The translations under genes were made by a program, and so were the position numbers. Below the pieces are notes generated by a model. That model saw only the letters and a list, made by a program, of their open reading frames with translations. It was not told the DNA's origin and ran no database searches. A stretch of DNA of 56,356 nucleotides from Coniocarpon cinnabarinum (taxonomy: Eukaryota), in contig JAVECO010000156.1 of NCBI GenBank assembly GCA_051942205.1, positions 1-56,356 of the forward strand, given 5' to 3'. Below, in pieces: positions 37,120 through 49,243 of the stretch. How positions within the stretch are numbered: the first letter of the stretch is position 1; the number at the start of each line of letters is the position of its first letter.

Positions 37120-39064
37120 TCAATCAATGACGATAGCGTTGGTAGAGGAATTTCCACGCTCAGCCGAATTCGCACCCTCTTCAGCCTCGTCAAGCCACGC
37201 CTTGACCATAGCCTGCTCAAGGGAAAGTTGCTTGCCTTTGTTGGACGCGTCGTGTCGGCCGACTTTCTTCCAAAGGACTTTCGGCAACGCGCCAGATTGT
37301 TTGGCAGCTGGCATCTTTCGCCCTGTGTTGGGAGAAGCTCGTCTACCCAAGGTGATCGACGAAGCATCGCTCGCCGCATCTGAGCTGGGGCGAACAGCCC
37401 CAGCAAGTCGCCACAATGCCTCGTCACTTCCGACTATATCGCTCAACTCGTCGGCTTCAGAGCCACTTGTATCAAACTCAGATGATGGCGGGGCCGTTAT
37501 GTGAGGTTTGTTTGAAGCTGAGTTGAGTGCAATGCCTCCAGCTGCAGCCGAGGACATGTTCTTCAGACGAAAGACACGATTTCGTTGCGTGCCTCCTGAA
37601 CCGTATGTGGTACTACTCTGTAAGATACTTGTCATGCCAGTATTTGGAGGCGTGAAGAGCCCCATTGCTGGCATTTTTGGAGGCGGCGTTTGCGGTCGTT
37701 TTTCGATTTTCGAAAGACCGTGATTGAGGTCCGTCGCAGTGCGGAGTGCTTCAGCAAACTCCTTATTTCTGCTCCAATTCTGACGTCCGGGTACTTGAAA
37801 GTTCTCAAGTACTGTGCCAACGAACCGATTCACGAAACCTTTTTCTATCGCCTGGGTACGGAACTGCGAAACTAGGTTGAGGATGTCTCCGATTGCCGTC
37901 CCAGTGGGATGATCCAGCTGGTACTGCCCGTCCATCTCTTTGACGATCCGTTTCACTGACTGATGAAATTCTTCTAAATTTATTAGGCTTGCCACTGCTG
38001 CAGAGGTGCTGGCAAGCTTGACGAGAGACGCAAAGTTCATGCATGCGATCACGCATGGAGTTGAGATCTCATGCAGCACAAGAACCTCGAAACACCCTCG
38101 GTACAACCAGTCTTTGAGCAGACGCTGGGCCGAGAGAGCACGGCAGACTTCAGGGCTTCGCCATACTTGATGACGATTTGAGAGAGCTTGACCATCGATG
38201 ACTGACATATGAACCTCCTCTCCTGGGAGATGCTTCTGTATGCTAAATGCTAATCTGATAGCGTACAACAATGAGCTTGTCACGCTAACAAACGGCGACG
38301 GCTCCGTCACACGATTAATATCTGCCGTTGTCAGTAAGCTGTAAATCGGCGTCGAATATCTACTTACGTGACGCGGCGTCTCGAAGGAATGATGGTTCCG
38401 ATGGGCCAAATGTAACAGGAGACATAGAGGCCCTACGCCCCGCTTGAAACATGTGACGAGCGTTGTATCCAGCATTGAATTTGGTCGACCAAACTCTGAA
38501 ATATATCGCTGCATTCGTCAGAGCTTTGTCAAATCCGCGAGCTATCCCACACTTACATTGATGGATGACTGTCCGGTCCAGTGGCTGACAAGGTCGACCA
38601 GTACTTCTTCGTTGCGGCTGAGTTGTGTTGCGGCTAGTTCGATGCAAATCATTAAGTTCACGTTGGATCAGAAATCGCGAGCTATTGAGTATTTCCAATA
38701 CGTTGTCCTCGTCTTCACTGTTGTGCGCGTCCGCAAAATCGTGAGAATCGTGGGAATCGCTGAGATCATTCTCTGATAAAACATGACCCTCAAAGAGATC
38801 CTGTGCCTGCTCCAGTGGCACGCAACGGTAAGCCTCCAAGTCCGCTTTAGATGCCTGAGGAACGACCACAGCCCAGGTTTGTCTACTGCCACCTGGGATC
38901 GACGCATTTGGACCTGTTCGTCGCGCGATAATGACAGCCACATTGTTTTGCGGTATCGATCCCCTATATGCTGACACATTGAGAGATCTCTCTTGACGCC
39001 ATCTTGACCAACGTCGATGCTGAATATTGGAACGCAACTTGGAGATCCGCGACTTGCGACCCAT
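37120..39064 (-). CDS. DUF7587-like protein with ADP-ribosyltransferase-like R-S-E motif order (intron 38322-38367)
   Basis: A 46-nt GTAAGT..CTGAC..CAG intron joins ORFs 38360..39073 and 37120..38514, giving YFRVW..FQAG..H|INRVTEPSPFVSVTSSLLYA..SVIDG..YRGCFEVLVLHEI. Confidence 0.7.
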
Positions 39065-39660
39065 GATAAACATACACGCCTGTTATGACAAGAGGAAAAC
39101 AGTAGCTTAAAAGACTGTGAAGGAAAGAAAAATTTTAAGATGCTGAGAGCGAAAGAAGCTGAACCAAAGGTAACACAAGCTTGTACACGCGCGGCTATTG
39201 AAGATGCAAGAGAAAAGTGACCACAGTGATGATCTGAGCTCCTCGCCTATTCACCTATGTCCTTCTGAGTTTTCACATGAAAAATAATTGCACGTCAGTT
39301 CCGAAGATGTCGAGATACAATGTCTGGATGAACAGCCATACATGGAGACATCGTTGTTTCGGAGGGAAACCACAATCTAGATTTTGAGATTCTCAAACTT
39401 GCCACATTTTATTGAAACGGCCATTCATCTCCATTACATGCACGACTATAAGGCCTTGACCACGCTGGCCACGCTGGTCACGGCTTCTCGACGCAGGTGG
39501 CGAGTCATGCAGAAGAAGTTACCTGATGCGGTAACCGCGGAATAGGCCTCGTTCTTCATCTTGGCGCATGCGCCTATAACGCGCAGGGCTGATCTTTGGT
39601 CCGGAGCACTGGGAAAGTGAACTACGTTGGCGGACAGTTCACGCTTCGAAACGTTTCATC

Positions 39661-40029
39661 ATGTCAGAGATGGATGACAGCTCAGAACAACCACCTATTG
39701 CAGTACCTGACAATCAGAAGTCGGTCAATTATTTGGAGAGCCTGCTAGGTCAGCAACTCCGAATTCATATCAGTGATGGCCGCATCTTCGTGGGTCAATT
39801 CAAGTGCACAGACAAGGTATCGACCACGAGTCTTCCAGTATAGCTCCTTCACATTGACCTTTTCCTCTAGGAGGCCAATGTCATCCTTAGCAACGCCATG
39901 GAGTTTCGAAGCGTGAAGCAAAAGGACTCCGACAACGAAGAGATGAGATCTCGCTTAGTCGGGTTGATTGTCGTGCCAGGACCGCACATACGAAAGGTCG
40001 AACACGAACAGTTTAGGAAAAAGAAATGA
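39661..40029 (+). CDS. mak31: LSm-domain protein, NatC auxiliary subunit Mak31/Naa38-like (1 intron)
   Basis: LLGQQLRIHISDGRIFVGQFKCTDK|EANVILSNAMEFR..RLVGLIVVPGPHIRKVE (Sm1/Sm2 motifs). Confidence 0.8.
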
Positions 40030-41030
40030 TGGAAAGGAGTCTTGGAAGAAGCCTGATGAACAAAGCTCATCAACAGCAAGCCACGACATAGCCGCATGAT
40101 GTGCTGGTGTTGGAAAGTGCATGATGTTAGCGATTAATAGTAGACAGCAGTGAAGACAGACTGCCTGATCCGCCAGTGATGAAACAATGAGGAGAGAATG
40201 GGTAGTGTGGATAACAAAGGAAGAGGAAGCGAAGGGAAAGCTGGCCACGCGGCGTTAGACAAGCCCGAGCCTGTATCGGAATATCGTACCGGATGTTTGC
40301 AGCCCATGCCTGTCGTTTGACTCAAATCCCTGCACGATGTGCCTCTGAAGACTGCTTTTCGACTGTGATTGCGCGGACGAGCAACAAATGTAGAGAGTAT
40401 CGAGAGAGCGCGTGAGCCAAACTGGTGAAAGCCAAACGCGGCGGCCCAAAGCGGTATGGTGGAGATTACTAGACTTGCTACTATCGCAATTGGACATCTT
40501 ACGTCTCTTTACTCTCTGCCTACCTACCCTTCACCTCACCAGGCGCGCTGCGTATTCCCGTAAACCTCCAGTCGAGGGCGCATACGGTCTTGAGTGCCGT
40601 TGTTTGTCGCTCACACGACTGGATGCATTTATCTTCGACCGCCATCACTCTGATCTCCCCGGTCAGACACCATCATCCAGCACCTGCAATAACAAGCGCG
40701 GCCACGGCACCGCACAATTCTCTCATACCCTCCCGCGACGTCACCGATCCTGGCTTTGAAGAGGAACGGAAATCTCCCTTTCTTTGCCCCCGCTGACGAC
40801 TTTGCTCTACATCACCCCACCTTGGACACTCATCGACCAAACCTTATCAGCGCCTCACGTATTGAGGCTTCCGTTCTTTCCTTTCTCGCTCGAATCTTCA
40901 AACCTCCTTAACACCGCTTGTTCGGCTGCCAAGACGACCGCGCAGCCTTGAAAATACAATCTGTCTCACACTTAGATCATAGTGTCTTACTCCATCGTTT
41001 CCGCAACATCACTAGGCAGCAGCGAACGAG

Positions 41031-42737
41031 ATGGGTAACCAGCCATCCAAAGGCGAGAAAAGCGAAGGCTCTCTAGATAAGGGTCCTGCGCTCGAACAAT
41101 ATCCATCTTTCAGCAAATCCGACACACGCGAGTCTGCCAAGGCCTCTCTGAAGGGATCGATTCGCTCCAAGATACCGGGTACATCTCGTGCCGACAGTCC
41201 CCGCACTTCGTCGGTGGGCTTGGAGCCTTCCATTTCGAATGAGAATGGATCGACGAAGACGCCTACGGAAGGTCGACCACCGGTGCCGTCCATAGACCTA
41301 CCTCGCGACAGCAGTACCAGCCTGGCTGAAGAAGATCAACGGCCGCCCTCACCGTCGCAATCCACCTCTTTAGGAAAAGGACATTCATCTATCAACAAAG
41401 CGCAAAGGAGCGGCGAGGTGGATCATGTGTCGGACGCGCCGCCCGTTGGCACGTTGCACCCAAGCCATCATGAAAAGCCTAGCAGTTCTATCCTGCTCAA
41501 GAAAGATCAACCCAGTCCTCGCTCAAGATCGAAACTCCGCAGCCTATCCCGCGAAAGGGTTCCACGCAGTCGGTCGCCATCCAGTCGCCATTTCAGCACA
41601 AGTACCGACGGCCCAATAGAGATTGGCAGTTTGAAGACGGGCGATTTGGACGAGATGATACAACGGCTCTTGGACGCCGGATATGCCGGAAAGGTCACAA
41701 AGACTGTCTGTTTAAAGAATGCCGAGATCGAAGGTATTTGCAAGGCCATCAGCCAGCTTATGCTATCCCAACCGACGCTGTTGGAGTTGCAGCCGCCTGT
41801 GAAGATTGTCGGAGATATTCACGGTCAATACACGGACTTATTGCGATTGTTTGAGATGTGCGGCTTCCCACCAGATGCCAACTATCTATTTCTCGGAGAC
41901 TACGTCGACAGAGGGAAACAGAGCTTGGAGACGATCTTGCTGCTGATGTGCTACAAGCTCAAGTTCCCTGAAAACTTCTTTCTGCTTCGAGGCAATCACG
42001 AGAGTGCAAATGTGACGCGAGTTTACGGCTTCTACGATGAGTGCAAGAGACGATGCAATGTTAAGATATGGAAAACGTTCATCGACGCTTTTAACACACT
42101 GCCGATTGCGTCGATCGTCGCTGGAAAAATCTTTTGCGTTCACGGCGGTCTTTCACCCAAGCTTGATCAGATGGATGACATACGTCAGATGTCGCGTCCG
42201 ACTGACGTTCCTGACTATGGCCTGTTGAATGACCTTCTCTGGAGCGACCCCGCTGACATTGATACCGACTGGGAGACTAATGAGAGAGGGGTGAGTTATT
42301 GTTTCGGGAAGAACGTCATTATGGAATTTCTACAGAAACACGACTTTGATCTAGTTTGTCGTGCACACATGGTTGTTGAGGATGGGTATGAGTTCTACAA
42401 CGACAGAGTATTAGTCACGGTATTCTCGGCGCCAAACGTAAGTCGCGTTGCTACTGGCTACTGAATCACGACTCTTGCTAACTCTATATTAAAGTACTGT
42501 GGCGAGTTTGATAATTGGGGTGCTGTCATGTCTGTCTCGTCAGAGCTCCTCTGCAGCTTCGAGCTGCTGAAGCCACTCGATTCCAGCGCCTTGAAAAGCC
42601 ACATTAAGAAGGCCCGAAATAATCGTCAAAACATGATCAACAGTCCTGTAAGTTTCTTATCTGTTCCGGAGCGATCTCACGACTACAATATGCTAACAAC
42701 TGGATAGCCGGCAAATCAATACCCACAAAGCTTTTAG
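41031..42737 (+). CDS. ppz1: Ser/Thr protein phosphatase Z (PPZ), 3 exons
   Basis: MGNQPSK myristoylation-type start and Ser-rich N-terminus; GDIHG, GDYVDRG, RGNHE, SAPN|YCGEFDN; C-terminus [12 protein letters not shown]. Confidence 0.92.
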
Positions 42738-43778
42738 GAGAGCAACGAACGTAGTAATAGAGCAAGCGAGGACAGCTTTGGAAGCCCAGCGGATCGACTA
42801 CCAGGAATGCACTATAGACGAAGAACCGACGGCGCTACCTCAACGGACAGCTCCGGCGAGGGCTTCGCCACAAGCAGCACACCCGCTGTCAGTGCCGCGA
42901 GCTCGTCTTCGTCATCGAGCCGCACTTCGAGCACCATTGCCCTGCTGCGACATGCGTATTGAAGAGACAGCGCCAGGAGATGGGATCAGAACGATGACGA
43001 CGTTTACGCGGTTCACGAGAGGACGTTGGGAGCTAGGCAACGTCGCATGATTATTTTTCTTGTTCTTGTTCTTGTCCATAAAAGCTTAATCAATCAGGGA
43101 ACTCTACTCTCGGACTGATTTCTTTTAGCAATATCTGAGGTTTTCTGGTGCCCTTTGGCAGGATGAGAAGTTTTCGCCTTGCTTCTTGAGCGTGAGATTT
43201 CAGTGGTCACAGGCGCTGGGCTCTCAGCTGCGGACCTGATTGGACCCTTCTCGTGTTCTCGCTAGTCTGTGGACAGTGGCTCCAAATGCTCCCTTCTCGG
43301 ATTGTCGTTACCAAGGTGGTACGCTTTTGCCACATTTAACCCTTAGTGAATGGGAGGCACTTCTCCCAATGGATGCAGTATGATTTTGTCCCTAAACAGT
43401 TAGAGCATTACTGTTCCAATACGAATACTGATTCAATAGTAGCAGTAGAAACTCGAATCATCTGTAGCACTTCGAGCCAAAGCTGAGACTTTTCTATCGT
43501 AAAGAGACTTTCTTTCGGCAATAAGACATGATATATGATCGAAGTGTTTTTTAATATCAAGATTCTACACTACCGTTCAGCTATTTGAGAATGCTTTAAA
43601 TGTCCGAAATGAGACCCCGATGTCGGCTGAACCTCAGCGACACGGCCGCTGCCATCGCTTCACCGTAACATTTGGGCGTCGGGATAGACAATGAGATACA
43701 TCAACATCATGAAAACCTGAAATATGTGTCGTCAGCTTTTCGCCTACATTCAGATATTCCCACGTGGTTCCGCTGAAG

Positions 43779-44570
43779 CTATGTCGACTTTGTATATGAG
43801 GATGCACGACTGTTTCGACCAAGTGGACTAGAGTCGCTCGAGCCAGCGTCGTGGGAGCCATCTGACGTGGCAGTCGTAGAGGATGGTGCCGCTAGTTTCT
43901 GGCGTCGAGCTTCGCGCTTCTTACCTTCCGCTTCCCGTCGCTGCCTAATGGCGTCATCAGAAGTACGCAGGGATGTGTTTTCTTTGCTGCTGTCATATGA
44001 TGCGGGATTCGTTCCCAGACGCATCTGTAAGCCCTGGCCTAAGTGTCTTCAGTCAAACGAAGTATTTCGGTTGATCAGATCATGTTCCACGATATACTCG
44101 TCTGCAACGCGTATATCAAATTGGAATTGTTCCACAATGTAGAACCCGGTGACAAAAGTTCCCCATGCATTGTGAGGCGCCCATGCCGCGTTGATACGCT
44201 CGTTGACTTCGAAACCGACCCCTGCGACCGCACCTGCAACCGTCCAAGGGCCGAGTAGGATAGTACTTGCCGTACTATGATCTAACGTCTTATCACCAGC
44301 AGACGCCTATGGCCGCTGCAATCATGCGTTTAAGGCCTGAATCATACTTATCATATAGGCTCGTCGCCCAGGCCAAGATCCGGCAAATGGATTTTGTCCC
44401 TGACCCTCGCGGTGTCCGTCTGTGCCACACTTAGCAACCTCCTCTTGTTTTTTATTGTCGTCAAATCTGGCAGCGTTGAACAGAACATCAACCTCCAATA
44501 AAGATTTCCTGTTGCATTCGGATGTAGCGGCGATCTGGCTGGAGCTTGCGGCAGTCTCGTCTGGATCCAT
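43779..44570 (-). pseudogene. Degenerate gene with retropepsin-like traces
   Basis: Pieces in different frames (KIHLPDLGLGDEPI / DKYDSGLKRMI / TGFYIVEQFQFDIRVADEYIVEHDLI) are separated by frameshifts and stops. ATG lies just downstream of repeat copy A's TATA box. Confidence 0.35.
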
Positions 44571-44858
44571 TTGGCTAGCACTCGAGAGCTAGGGTTTGAC
44601 TTCCACAGAGCGGATGTCTAAGCTTGGTCAATATGTTGGAGACTGGGAAACTGATTTAGATTTTTAGAAATGACTTGAATCCCCACAAAGCCACAAACAA
44701 AGTCATTTCCAGGGTTCAGTCTGGCTTACGAGCCTATAAGATAAGGAGATTCTGGGCCGAAAAGTGATAAATACAGTAGTAAGAGGCCCCGAAAATTTAT
44801 ACAGCGCAGAATTATGGTGCGGCAAGTGCTCTCGTTCACGGTCCTTGCCGTTGTAAAT
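44541..44858. repeat. Dispersed direct repeat copy A (TATA-containing promoter-like module plus gene start on minus strand)
   Basis: Shares GAGCTTGYGGCAGTCTC..TCCATTTGGCYAGCACT, GAGCCTATAAGATAA and GCAAGTGCT blocks with 51506-51788, and the latter two blocks with 52241-52395. Confidence 0.8.
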
Positions 44859-45693
44859 GCATGGCATATGAATATCCATATATTTCTAATGCCAAGCTTG
44901 CGAGGCGCTTAGATGACTACTAGGTACGCTGACTAGGTTTCACAAAATCGTCATTAGTAGCACTAGCCTCCCTCCACTGTTTAATCTCAACCAACGTTCA
45001 ATACGATAATTAGAATGGAAAAAAAAGTAAGCCAGGAAAACCCTACTTAGAAACGCACAACTAGATGTAAGCACGCCACTTTATTTTCTCTGGCAGGAAC
45101 AATCTAAGGGGCACGATTCTATCAGACTAATTGTGTCACCTGAGGGTTTGTACAAACATGATCCAAGAAGTACGGTCTTGCTTTGAATACCTAATCTTTC
45201 AATGACACTTTGACTGGGTTGACGATCCCTGCCTGATGCGATGCAAGCATGTTCCGAAAGCGCGCGTCAGAGAACAAAGTATTGGAAGCCCAATGAATAC
45301 CCCAGGTTGACTTTCCCAATGGGTAGATGCAGTGATGCAACCTTGTTCCGCCGCTTTCGTGCGCTTATTCGCAAAACGTATGTACTTCGAAAACAAGCAA
45401 GTTTACTGTCTTGTTCTCCAAAAGTGATTAGTAGCCATGACGAGAGAGTTGGTGAGCTTGCGCAACAATCTCCTTTCCGCTGGTCGCAAGTGCTCTGTCG
45501 TGATACCGGTCACATGTTAAAGGTGGGTGATCTAAAACCATTAAAATCACCGCTTTTTGCCTTCCACCTACCGTCTCTTGCGGTGAGCACGAGCGTTCCA
45601 AGCCCCTTCCTTCTCATTTCTTTCTTTCCTTTCCTTTCTTCCTTTCGTTATCCTTCATTCAACTGCCTTTTTAGCAATTTTCGTATTGCAAGC

Positions 45694-47449
45694 ATGGAGA
45701 ATTCTGCGCACGCGCCATCTCGCCCTTCGAGGGCATTATTGAGAAGCCCCGTGCGGGCGATACATTTGGGCTCCGATTGGCGCCGATTGATGAGTGACTT
45801 TGGCTGGGACCTCCAAGCCTTAGAGCGCGTTTTACGGGTTGCGACCAAGTACACGATAACCTCGGAATCAAGGGATTGTAAGTGTACTGAGAACGTTTCA
45901 CACATACATGTCTACAGTCTGCTGACCGACGATTTTGAAATACAGCCTGGTCACTGTCTGGTCAGTTTCCGTCAGGTAAGACACATTCGATGATATGAAA
46001 GCCATTCACGAGGACTCTTACTGACATTTGTACGTCTTATACAGGTGACGTTCTGCGGAGCACAGGATTTGCCTCGTTAGAGACGTTGGGTTGGTTCGTT
46101 GATCACGACGAGCAGGAGCTGATCCAGTTGGTGAAAACTGGCTCGATGTGGGTCATTCGTGATCCTGATGCCCCGACTGTGGTCAATGATCCAGCAACAG
46201 AAATGGAATTGCTGATGGTTTTCGCGATTCCCAAGACGGACTCGGGTGGGTGTTCTGCAGGGCCTTCGTACGAACACCCATGGATAATGGAAGGTAAAAA
46301 GACCTTGGCTCGCATCTGGGAGCATCTGCCTGCGGAGAACGAGGAACGATACGCGGCCCGCATGCGGCTTGCCGACGAGTACAAGGCCCTTTATCAGCAA
46401 AAGAAGGTCAGGACACGTCAGCTATGCACGGGTCCTCGATATCGAGTGTGCTATACCTTCTACCGGTTCTCAAGGGAGGCGCTAGTGTTTTACAAGCACC
46501 CGCTCTTTTCCCAACCTGGCATTGTTGCTAGTTCCCTGTCTGCGGCGGTAGCGGCAGATGAAGGCCAAATCTCACAGTCTCGAAAGGCTAGTTTCGACAG
46601 GTGCTCCTCTACCCAGCGAAGTGCTGGGAGAGAGAAAGCAAGAGCGCCTGAGCCTCAAGAGGCTGTTGTTTCGACAGGTGCTCCTCTACCCAGCGGTCTG
46701 CTGGGAGAGAAAGCAAGAGCGCCTGAGCCTCGAGAGGCTGTTGTTTCGACAGGTGCTCCTCTACCCAGTGACGTGCTGGGAGAGAAAGCAAGAGCGTCTG
46801 AGCCTCGAGAGGCTGTTGTTTCGACAGGTGCTCCTCTACCCAGCGACGTGCTGGGAGAGAAAAAGAGCGCCTGAGCCTCGAAAGGCTGTTGTTTCGACAG
46901 GTGCTCAATGTGACACAATGTGACTCTGGGTATATGTGCAGGAATTTGCAGACCGTGCATAGTGAGCCTCTTCTGAAAGGCTATGTCGATTTTGTCTGGA
47001 AGCATTCCTATGACAACGATAAGGCTTATGCCAGGAACTTTGCGGAGTTCCTGTCTGGCTCTCTTCCTTCGTTCCGAGGGGAGAGACCTCTGAACGATAC
47101 CGGTCGCTTGAGCAAGCCACGCCCTTCAATGCCACCAGCCCCACCAGCCCCATCCCCGCGTCCGCAAGGGATAGCTGTGTTGGGCGAGATGTCTCAAGAG
47201 ACTTATCAACGCGCTCACGACGGTGGGCGCAACACGGCGTCGCCGGCGGCGACACCTTCTTCGAGCGCACCGATGGATGCCGCTCAGATTTCTGAGATGT
47301 TCGAGAAATTTGGCCTGCCTGAAGGCGCCGACTGGGCCGACTATCTCGAGCCAGATGAAGAGCACCTAAACGCGTCGAGCGCGCAGGAGCATTCCCTGGG
47401 TGACTTCGTGAAACCGCGACGGCGTCGTTTCCGCAGCGACAAGCCCTGA
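45694..47449 (+). CDS. Orphan multi-exon gene; introns 45878-45945, 45976-46044 and inferred 46407-46900
   Basis: The first two introns are canonical and give the continuous frame RDSWSLSGQFPSGDVLRSTGFASLETLGWFVDHDEQ. A third intron would join KALYQQKK|VLNVTQCDSG to ORF 46889..47449. Confidence 0.6.
46591..46906 (+). repeat. Tandem minisatellite, four units of 77/75/75/73 bp
   Basis: GTTTCGACAGGTGCTC recurs at 46591, 46668, 46743, 46818 and 46891. Units are near-identical and contain two hairpins. Confidence 0.97.
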
Positions 47450-49243
47450 CGTAGGGGGGTTGATGACCCGTCTGGGTCCTTGTGGGCTTTCTCTCGCCGC
47501 TTGCGAGCGCGCGCGGGGAAATGATTAAAGACGTGTTCGCGCCCATCGGGCGATCATCCTCGTGTACTTTAGTGGAAATCGTGTTTCCTCGGGTCTGTCT
47601 TTGTTTTGTTTGTCTACTCAATGACTGTCACGGACGGATCATGTCTGCGTGTAGATGCTGTTTCTCTCGCGAAAGTTTGGATATGAATCATAGCGCCGAC
47701 AGGAGCTCACGTCTCTCCACACCATTTTATCTGCATTTTTGGGTTGTTTCGCCTGGCTGTGCACTGAACAAGCCTGTGCATATGAGGCATGAAGAACTTG
47801 AAGACAGCCCATGCTTTCGGCTTGAAACTGTGCAGACTTGAGTATCCGAATGATACCGTAAATGTCTGACATTACTCGATCATCGAGTCATGATCGTCGA
47901 ACGTGGGGGTGTGAATGCAGACGCTATTGACATGCTTAGTAGGTTCAACAGGCCAAACAAATCAACTCATACGTAGCCTGAGCATGATATTCCTGGCCGT
48001 AGGATCATCAAATCTTGTCACGGAAAATCGCAAGACAGAGGAAAATGTGGCAATAAAACCTGCCCAGCGGGGAAGCTACGTCGGGGTGCATGTACATCCC
48101 ACTTGCTGGCGCGCAGGCCCAGTATACCGAATGAGGACATGAGAGAGATTGGACCCGATCAATCGAGACTATGTTCTTAAAGGAAAAGACGTTGCAATGG
48201 TGGAGATGTCAAGATGTGGATGGAAAGTAACAGAGTTGGATTGGTGAAGGGTTTATCATCCATCACTCGGCTTCTGACTGTCAGCCATTTGCCGTGATCG
48301 GCACAGACCACTCAACAATCAAGGGGTACGCATGCCAGACCCTTATGTAAGCCGTGTTCGTCCTTTTGACTGCTACCATTCTCTTCGCATCGACATTCCG
48401 ACGCGCACAGCCATATCACATGTTCATGTTCGTTTGCGCGGAGAGGACGGTGCTGCTCGTTCGTTGCTGCATTGTCATATTTGCCTTACCTCATTCTGTC
48501 TGAGCACGAAAAGAAGAAGCTCTGGTGTCTCGTCTTGATTGGCATTGACGAGGTTGGCCAGAGACCCAAAGCAGAATCCATGCCATTCAAAGCGACGACA
48601 ATCCCCCTCCTTTTCCTCTTCAACGGTTGATCGGCAATGCTGAGTTTCTTTTGTTCAGTTTCCGGCTGATGTTTAGGATCCTTGCCTCGCATGCAGTATC
48701 GCGAAATGCCCTGGATTCTCTCATGTATGTATGCACCAGCTCTTAATGATCAGTCCGTACATGATGTGGGCTGTTGTTGAACTTATGTTACTGACAATCG
48801 GATTGTCAAACATCTGTATTTCGTTCAAGTGATTTCTCAAGTGGTGGTAAAGTATGAATACCGTCAAGGCTTTTCCCTCACTCGGTGCAATATGAAGAGA
48901 TGATCGGTCACAAAGAACCGCGCGCACTCGAACAGTAAACGATCAATTGTTGATGCTTATCGTGGCGCGGAAGTCGTCGATCTCCTGGTCGTCGAAGGGC
49001 ATTGATGAAGACAAGCTCCGTGTAATACCTCGTTGGCTTGCACGCGATCGCTGACACCATACAATCAATCTCTTGCATAGTAGCTTGAGTCTTCAAGGCA
49101 TGAGAGGTCATAGGTTCCGGCCTCACCGCCGGGCACATGACTGGGGCCGGGTAGGCCAAGTTTCTGCGGGTGTAATGTAAATTTTCGTGTGACTGACTTT
49201 TTCTCTTCTCTCCTCATCTCAGTCCATTGTCAAAGCCGCCATC

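Noticed and set aside
38322..38514. ORFs 37120..38514 and 38360..39073 as two genes or a frameshift
   Set aside because: A canonical 46-nt intron joins them into one gene.
40050..40190. Possible C/D snoRNA (several TGATGA/CTGA motifs) downstream of mak31
   Set aside because: No terminal stem and no recognisable rRNA-complementary guide.
46591..46906. CRISPR-like array
   Set aside because: Whole units are near-identical with no unique spacers, there are no cas genes, and the context is eukaryotic.
47900..49160. Minus-strand ORF fragments between the two island orphans
   Set aside because: They could not be joined into a convincing spliced gene.
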